The notes beneath the pieces are model-generated. The model ran no database searches, had not been told where the DNA came from, and worked only from the letters and a program-made list of their open reading frames with translations. Source: Blastocystis sp. subtype 4 (Eukaryota). Taken from it: a stretch of DNA of 45,322 nucleotides. The position numbers were made by a program, and so were the translations under genes. The stretch spans positions 1-45,322 of the forward strand of contig NW_014569497.1 of NCBI RefSeq assembly GCF_000743755.1. The letters are read 5' to 3'. Shown piece after piece: positions 37,879-45,322 of this stretch. How positions within the stretch are numbered: the stretch's first letter is position 1; each line of letters begins with the position of its first letter.

Positions 37879-37996
37879 TTTTTGTAATCTATGTACCATA
37901 TTCTGCTTTCTGATACGTTGTTTGATAACAAACGAAGAGAGTCAAAACGAAGATGGTGTTGACAAGACCCTATCTTTTCCACTGTGTGTTAATCCG

Positions 37997-38783
37997 ATGA
38001 ATACAGAGTTTTCACTATCGCGTTTTCATGAGACAGTAAGCGAATTGGCGAAAATGGAGTCACTGAAGCTGTCAACCGTCTTGTCCATGTTTAATGAAAT
38101 CACTCTACTATTTCGTACTATTGGTTTGAAGAAATGAATAACTAGATTGTCTTGGATCGGCCCTATCCTTTGCTACTAGTGATGTTACTACCAAATTAAC
38201 ACATGTCCAAAATAGAACTCATGAAATGATTGCTGCTGGTATTATCACAACACCATATGAGGATGTCACCATTGAGGTGTGTCATGGATCATGATCTTAT
38301 CAATAGCAAATTATGAAAGCGGAAAAAGAGAAGAACTGGCATCTTTCTGGACCAGGTATGAAAGATCGATAGGTGTAATCATAGAGGGTATCGACAATAA
38401 GGGTCGAGACTATCAGAATGCTTCGAGAAGTATTGTCCGTCTTGTCTGGTTCTTAGACTTTGTATATGAAATGGTTTGGTATATGCGAGAGAATCCAAAG
38501 GTTGGCATTCGATCTGGGAATGACATGTAGGATACATTGACAACAGCTGTGCGATATGCGTACAACAAAGTATTGTCTCCACGTCATAATGCATTGATAC
38601 GTAACGCCTTCAAAGTAGCCGTTATTATCATCCCTTCCAAAGCTACATTCCTTGAGAAAATCTCCAATGGACACACAGCTGAGGAAGTTGACAAACTGTG
38701 GATCGAATGCGAGACTGACATGAAAACCATTTCTGACAAGTTCTGGACATTCTTCAAGAGTGAGAATATGGAGGAATTACCTT
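37997..38783 (+). CDS. Glycolipid transfer protein (GLTP/CPTP/ACD11) family; stop codon apparently made by polyadenylation
   Basis: CLGSALSFATSDVTTK, ASRSIVRLVWFLDF, AYNKVLSPRHNALIR; ends MEELP then T38783, 4 nt, TGTTTGTG. Confidence 0.82.
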
Positions 38784-38824
38784 TGGATGTTTGTGAAACG
38801 AAATACACGATGACAACAAACACA

Positions 38825-39475
38825 TCACAATTCCTCCGAAGGAAGAGTATCATTCCTCTTACTCATAACCACTTGAAACACTGAAAACTTTTGTTTATTC
38901 TCGATAGTCATGTTACAACCGGCTTTCTTAAACTCCTCTACCAAATTCCGACACCTACTCTGAATTCCCCTTTCCTTTCCTACTTTTCATCTTCGATACA
39001 GCCAGGGGCCAGATAATGAAGAGGAGCGTTTCCGTTCTTAGCAATAATGTTGGGATCCGCATGTAAATGAAGCAGGGCATGAGCAGAAGGGAATGCATTC
39101 ATCATGATAGCCAAATGCAGAGGTGTCTCGCCTTCATCATTCAAGTCATTCACATCCATTCGTTGCATCACTAAATACCTTATTAGTGTTTCCTAGATGA
39201 AATGTTGCAACTAGAGATACATTATTTGACATCACTGACCAATGCAAGGCTGTATCTCCCTGACTATTACGAATAGAACAGTCAATTCCACGATTAACTA
39301 AATATTCAACTGTCTTCAATTGATTTCCCTTTGCTGCCCAATGAAGAGCTGTATTATTGTACTGATCTTGGGCATTAATGCCACCCCCTTCTGCCAAATA
39401 GTTATGAATGGCATCGATTCGACCTTCAAAGGCTGCTTTGAAGATTGGATTAACTGGTGTGAAGATACTAGTCAT
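38825..39475 (-). CDS. Ankyrin-repeat protein
   Basis: NTALHWAA, GDTALHWS, GETPLHLA, GNAPLHY; TGA 38827-38825 then TGTTTGTT at 38822-38815. Confidence 0.88.
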
Positions 39476-39674
39476 AATTCTTTCTTACATACCAAACAAG
39501 GTTAGTACTGCTGCTGCAAGGATAATTCCGTAAATAAATACCTTGCAACCACAAATATACCTACAATATCAACATCTTTTCTAATCATCACAATCTTTGG
39601 AATCTCCATGTCTTGTCCTCGTTCATCTAGATTGATCTGCAAATACTCTATCAGGACAGAGAGTACCCAATTCT

Positions 39675-40116
39675 ATGACAAAATTATGGCCAATTTTGTT
39701 TGTTATTATCATTGTTTTGGGATTGATGGGTCAAATCGCTTCGATTTTTGACCCCAATGAACGGAGGAGAGATGAAGAATTGGAGTATATCGATGAAGAG
39801 GATGAATATGTGAATTCTATGACCCAAACACCTTATGAAGAGGAGGATGATGATGACGAATCTATATTTAAGGATTGTGTTCGTATTTCTGTGGATATGT
39901 CACTTTTAGGAAGAAGAAGAGACGGAAGAGGAGGATGAAGATGAAGAGAATGAGAGCAGTGAGGAAGAAAACTCAGAATATGATGAGGAATATGAGGATG
40001 AGGATTCAACAAAGAAACAAGGCAATCGTGCAATAGCTTGCTTTTTGGGAAATTACCAGGAGGAGTCCGAAGAAGAAGAAGAAGAGGAATATGGTTCGAT
40101 AGAAAAATTGGCATAA
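39675..40116 (+). CDS. Small acidic protein with N-terminal signal/TM helix
   Basis: MTKLWPILFVIIIVLGLMG then E/D-rich; one ~30 nt intron; TAA 40114-40116. Confidence 0.55.
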
Positions 40117-40134
40117 TTCAAAGATGTTTCGCTT

Positions 40135-41699
40135 ATGGAGGAGGTGAACGAACTCTCAATGGCTGAAAACGTTCAGCTAAAAAAAGAAACTGTTGAAGAG
40201 GATAGGAAATCTGTCCATTCACAAGGAAGTGAACACAACGAATCGGTTAAAGAAGAAAATATTCCACCGCTAACTGAAACAGAAGTTGTGAAAATCATCG
40301 AAGACTTGATGCAAGGTGACTACAACGATAATATTCTTGCCTTATGGAATGTTGTAGATTCAACGCAGTATGCATTTGAAGACAGTAGTGTAAGGATAGA
40401 AAGAATGTGACAATGTAGTATTCATATCTCCTCCCTGTTTTGGTATTGTGTAAACTAGTTACAAAATACTTCGAAGATGGGGTAATTAAATATAAAAAGG
40501 ATTGAGTATAAGGGCACTGATGTCAACGAGGTCATGGATTTTCTTTCCTTGCTTCAGAATTTTATCTCTGAATGGATTAATCTCAATCAAGGACAGAATA
40601 ACACATTAGTAATCAATCATTCCAATATTATCCAGTATTTGTATAATTCGATTCAAAATATTGTGTATCTCTTGAAGTAGAATCTTTATCTTTCTTTTCA
40701 TTTTAGTATGGTGAATCAAATTGATCTTGCCAGTCGCTTCTCCTGGATTCTGGATTACATTACATTCGATCGTATTGATCCTGTAACGATGATTCAGACG
40801 CGAATGAAAGAGGGTTCATATCAGAAGAAGTATGGGAGTCGATATGACAGTTCTAATGGTGACACATCCCTCTTTGCTATGTTATCACCATCTTCAGCCG
40901 AGAGTGAAAATGTAGAACCTCGATCGACTCCTATCGTCTCTCCATCAACAAAACGTACATCCTATTCTATGGATGTCACAAACGAACCTCAAGAGACCGA
41001 TTCGTGGCGTCATAAGCCTCGAAGATCTTCTGGGAGTTACAATCACAATGACTATTACCGAGGGAATCGGAGCAAAGGACAGCGAGGTCGAAATATGGGA
41101 TCCCCCAGCAATTCACTACGACGTACTAACAGTCAGAAGGACCGCAGTCGGAGTTTTCACTCGCTATCAAGTCATCCTTCATTCAATCGGAGTCATTATC
41201 GCAATACTTCGGAACAATCGAATCGGAGTGGGAACTATAGTAGCAATAGTTCGCATAGTCATTTACGTGAGTTACAGCGATGGAATTCCCAGAATGGCGA
41301 GGATTTGAGTAAGCATGCTTGTTTTTTGTAAGTGTAGATTGCTTATCATTGGAGGAAATGCATCAATTAGAAGGATCTGGGAGTACAAGTTGGGATCAGT
41401 TCTCGTTGAATAAAGAGAAGTTCGGAATTGACTCTCATTTCAATGAAGAACTATATACTATTCCCATGAGCTCGCTGCAAATCAATAAAGATGAATGGGA
41501 AGAAGCTGTAAGTGCTGCTCGAGAGATTGAAGGAAATGAGTCGGAACGAGGTGGATATTTGTTGCTATTGTAATTTATAGATATGCTTGATGATTCTGCA
41601 CTATTTAGTGATGTTGTAACAATCCAAGAGAAGAAGAAGGGTCGATCTTCTCAGAATAATGGTGACTCGTTTATTGATAGTGCGATTAGAAAGAAATAA
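40135..41699 (+). CDS. LsmAD-domain protein (ataxin-2/Pbp1-like)
   Basis: WDQFSLNKEKFGIDSHFNEELYT...AVSAAREIEG...DDSALFSDVV; R/S-rich low-complexity region before it. Confidence 0.72.
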
Positions 41700-41985
41700 T
41701 CATTTGCTGTTTGTACTCTTCGCTGTTTGTTGGAGTTACGTAATGGAGGCAGATGGAGAAAGGCGGGGAACAATTGGCGGGAATAATTCATTTTTCACTC
41801 CTTTCCTTAACATGCATTCACAATGTACAAATTACATTAATTGAATTATATCATATAGTCTTAGAAAAACGATCCGAGTCACTCCATACAAGTAATCCCT
41901 TTGCTGTTGAAAAGCGCACGGCTGCAGTTGCATTGTAATAATCTGTTTAGATGTTATGAGTTAATTTAGATCGGATTCTAATACG

Positions 41986-43477
41986 ATGGAGCGACATTTC
42001 TCTGACGAACACCTGTTTGCAGAGAAGAGGCGATACTCAACCTCGAGTTTGTCTGATTCAACCAACAGCAATCCATTTATCCAGAAATCGTTTGTGTCCA
42101 TGCGAATGGTAGTTAGTTCTAGGCCTACGGCGAGTCTTACGGAAAAGGAGGTGTCTATAAAGTCGTCAGTTCCTGTATTACGCGTATGAGCTTTGTCTGG
42201 AGTCCGATGAATAGTTGTCATCGTCAAAGTCATCTGGAACGCTCCTCTTTAATCCAGGAAGACGTTTATCGTTGGCCATTTATGGATCCCATAAATGATA
42301 GATCAAGAAGGAAATCATCTGGAACAGAAAACTCTCATGATGTATGTTGTATTGAATTAATCTCCCTCTCTAGAAATCGGAGATTCTAGCAGTAGATAAC
42401 AATCTCAAAACCGGAGTAACATTCTTCTTTGACAATACAATTTCCATGTCCATTATCAACACAATCCTAATGACAATACGACGATGTCAGATCGGATATC
42501 ACTGTATGTCATTCGCACCAAACGGTCAATCTGTTTCTGCAGTCTCATGTTTAGTGATCAGTCGGGGTAATGTCACTCCTCCTTTGATGTGTCAGTTCAT
42601 TGAAGGAGTTCTTGATGTCTATCACACCTACATAGCAACTCCTTTCAATCTACTGAAAGAGGATAATTACTTTTATCTCAAGGGATACAGTTTCAATGTG
42701 ATGTTTACGCATGATAAGGGAGGGAAATGCATTTGTCTGGGTTCATTTCCTTCAGATTTGTTGAATCAACTAAAGCAAGATGATGTCCTCTTTACTCGAA
42801 TGAAAGATGAAGATGATGACGACCTCGCTGAGGAAGATCTCCTTTCATACCGGAACTCCTCTCGACGTATTCATGGATGTAATGAATAAATCGTAGTACT
42901 TCCACCTACAAATAGCTACTCTCAATCCGAATTCGTCAATTCAAGTGTTATCATCCAAGATCCACTCAGTATTCACAAACTTGTCAATTCTTTGATCAAT
43001 TATTCGATTCATCGTAATCTTCGTTCTTTGGATTGATGAATAGTTCCTGAAGGGAAAGATATGACTCAGATCATCTCTTCATATCCCTTCATACATGGAA
43101 TGTGGAAAGTCAACAACCCAGTGTTCAAGCGAAACATCCTTACAAAGTCTTCGAAGATGGCTACGTACGATTGAATGGGTTCGATGATATGCAGTCTTTC
43201 CTTTCCAGGATTCATTACAAAGAACCAACTTTCTAAGCTGTGTAAAGTGATCAACGGGGTATTTGAAGTAGTCATGTGCTCAGAGACTTAGAAATAGAGC
43301 AAACACATTCCTTGTACCTATGAGATTAGTCTTCATTCCGAACGATTCTCGCAGTCATTTAATACAAAGAACTCCCTTTCTACAATTGAATCTCAAATTC
43401 TTCAGCGGGTTCAATGTACGATCCAGGAGAATAGTCACATCATGTATACTAATAGTACTAAAACCATTGTAGTCTAG
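41986..43477 (+). CDS. DONSON: DONSON-like replication factor
   Basis: N-terminal NPF, VDNNLKTGVTF (compare VDWSIKTRLLF), YFYLKGYSFNVMF, LVNSLIN, TQIISSYPF; start uncertain. Confidence 0.55.
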
Positions 43478-45129
43478 TATTATGTTTGTAACAAAGTCTT
43501 GATCGTAATAGATTCACAATATCTGCTTCTGATATTTCTTGAGGTAGTTTTCCCAGAGGATCATTCAGTCCTTCTTCTTCCTCCTCTTCCTCTCCAGCAA
43601 TTCGTCTTAATACTAATACACAATAGATCTGAGCTGCTTCCACTTCGTCTTTCGTCAATCCTCCTTCAACATTCGGTACATTCATTCTCACATACTCCTC
43701 TTCAAACTTGGGTAACATCTCCCGAATATACTCCTACACTCTCACTTTACCTCTCATTCATACCAGGAAATTCACTTTCTTTTCCAGTTTCAAATGATAC
43801 TCTTCACACAACTGATTGATCAGAGCAGTAGGAGCGAGACTCTCAGACACATCATCTACAGATTCCTATACCTCTTCATCATTCCTCATTCCTACAGCAA
43901 GAGTGAATTTGTATTCAATGCCAAAAGGATCACATATCAAATCATCCATTCGTTCCCAGTTCTGATCCTTCATCGCAATACAACAGATTCCGTTCTATCT
44001 CTCACTCTCTCTTCATTCTCTACTCTCCACACATATTCTCCATTGTGATGATATGACAAGCTTCGAAGGAGACGACACACTGAATCACAATCAGCGATAG
44101 TTGCGATGAAGTATCCTCCCACTTTGAGGAAATGAGACACATTCTTGAAGAAACAACGTAACATACTCTATACTTCAATCCATATAATTCACTTACTTCC
44201 TTCTCAAACATATAGTGCATAGCAAACTGACAGCTAACCACATCAAATCTTTCACTCTATCACTGATCAATCTCACTCATCCTCTACTGGATCCAACCAA
44301 CCCGATAAATCACAAGTCCCCAAATTCGCTACTCCAAATCGAGCAGGGAAATTGACTCCTCGAATCTCTTTGAACCGACGTACTGCATCATGAATTGATC
44401 CTTCTGCAATATCCACTCCTACATACTCTGAAGGATGTTGCTCTTTCCATTTCTTCAGATCACCTCCTTTACCACAAGCTAGATCCAATACACGACCTTG
44501 AAGAGGACCATATTCGTGAATCAAGGTGAATTTGATCCAATTATTCAAATTACGAAGATGAAGGATTCGAGAACTAGACCGAACTTCTTCAGACACATCT
44601 TGTCGTTTACTGTAGTGAAGTGCCACCTCATTCACATCACTTGACACTTTAGAAAACCCAGCTTCAGGACCACCTATTCAAAACAATTCATCTTAAAATC
44701 CAACTTCGTTTCAATCCAAATCCATCTCCTAGACTCGAAAATCCTTCTTCTTCTGGTAATACCATTCCTTTTGCTTCAGATACTTCATTTCTCATTTCTG
44801 AATTCATTAAAGACTGATCCTGACCATAAGAAGAGGATTGGTTTGGTTTTGCTTGATTGTCAACTCTAAAGACTCAAACAACAGAAGCATATGTACAATG
44901 ATTTGGATTGAATGTATTTCTGGAAATCAGATTCCGAGTAGAATACACGATTTGTTAGAATGTTCACAAACTTCTCTCCTCGTTCTGGATGTTGTGGATC
45001 AATCAAACCACGTCCCCAACCATCCTCAGAAGATTCTACAACCCATAGAGAACACTGGTCTCGGACATTGAAGTAATAGAACCTCTGATTCTTCTTACTG
45101 AAATGCTTCTGCCACGAACCTGTTGACAT
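43458..45129 (-). CDS. RNMT: mRNA cap guanine-N7 methyltransferase with N-terminal WW domain(s)
   Basis: VALHY, SRILHLRNLNNWIK, VLDLACGKGGDLKKW, VSCQFAMHYMFE, LKVGGYFIATI; WW motif WQKHFSKKNQRFYYFN...SLW; exact 3' end uncertain. Confidence 0.9.
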
Positions 45130-45176
45130 TCCCACTTTCAAAGAGAAATGAAAGTGAAGGAAAGTGTCAAAAGAGA

Positions 45177-45322
45177 ATGTCGATATACTACAAATCGAGA
45201 ACAGAGAAGACATTCTCCAAGATTGACATTCCTGAATCTTATATTAATGTGTTAGAGTTAAAGAAACGGTTAATCGAGAAGAACAAGATTGACATGAAAC
45301 GGGATTTCAAATTCACATTAAC
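45177..45322 (+). CDS. DWNN-domain protein, RBBP6/Mpe1-like (5' end only)
   Basis: MSIYYKSRTEKTFSKIDIPESYINVLELKKRLIEKNKI resembles the DWNN ubiquitin-like N-terminus; runs off the window. Confidence 0.7.
   Translation, partial: MSIYYKSRTEKTFSKIDIPESYINVLELKKRLIEKNKIDMKRDFKFTL

Noticed and set aside
1..45322. CRISPR arrays, transposases, prokaryotic operons or an alternative genetic code
   Set aside because: None seen; in-frame stops are explained by ~30-nt introns, and TAA, TAG and TGA all occur as genomic terminators

Overview
Gene-dense eukaryotic nuclear DNA. The ~28-35 nt GT-AG introns, intergenic gaps often under 150 nt, and a TGTTTGTT motif at gene 3' ends point to the gut stramenopile Blastocystis (AT-rich; subtype not determinable by eye). 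About 35 protein genes can be rebuilt by hand: UGDH, RBBP4-like, SPO11-2, AMBRA1-like, PGM3, GT31, CUE-Smr, syntaxin-5, YJU2 plus a divergent tandem copy, a LolD-like ABC ATPase, CAPZB, BMS1, a cystatin, PPP1R11, RRP9, THG1, Sec14-like, SH3 protein, POLD2, COMMD4, RING, GLTP, ankyrin, LsmAD, DONSON-like, a WW-fused cap methyltransferase and the RBBP6/Mpe1 start. Highlights: (i) at least four genes whose stop codon appears to be completed by polyadenylation, and six more with genomic stops in the same register; (ii) a 5S rRNA gene lacking about 11-12 nt of helix II; (iii) a small orphan protein with a PIP box and a CtIP/Sae2-like C-terminus; (iv) a WW-cap methyltransferase fusion 47 nt head-to-head with RBBP6/Mpe1. 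Gene models are manual, CDS spans include introns, and family calls come from recalled motifs, not database searches.
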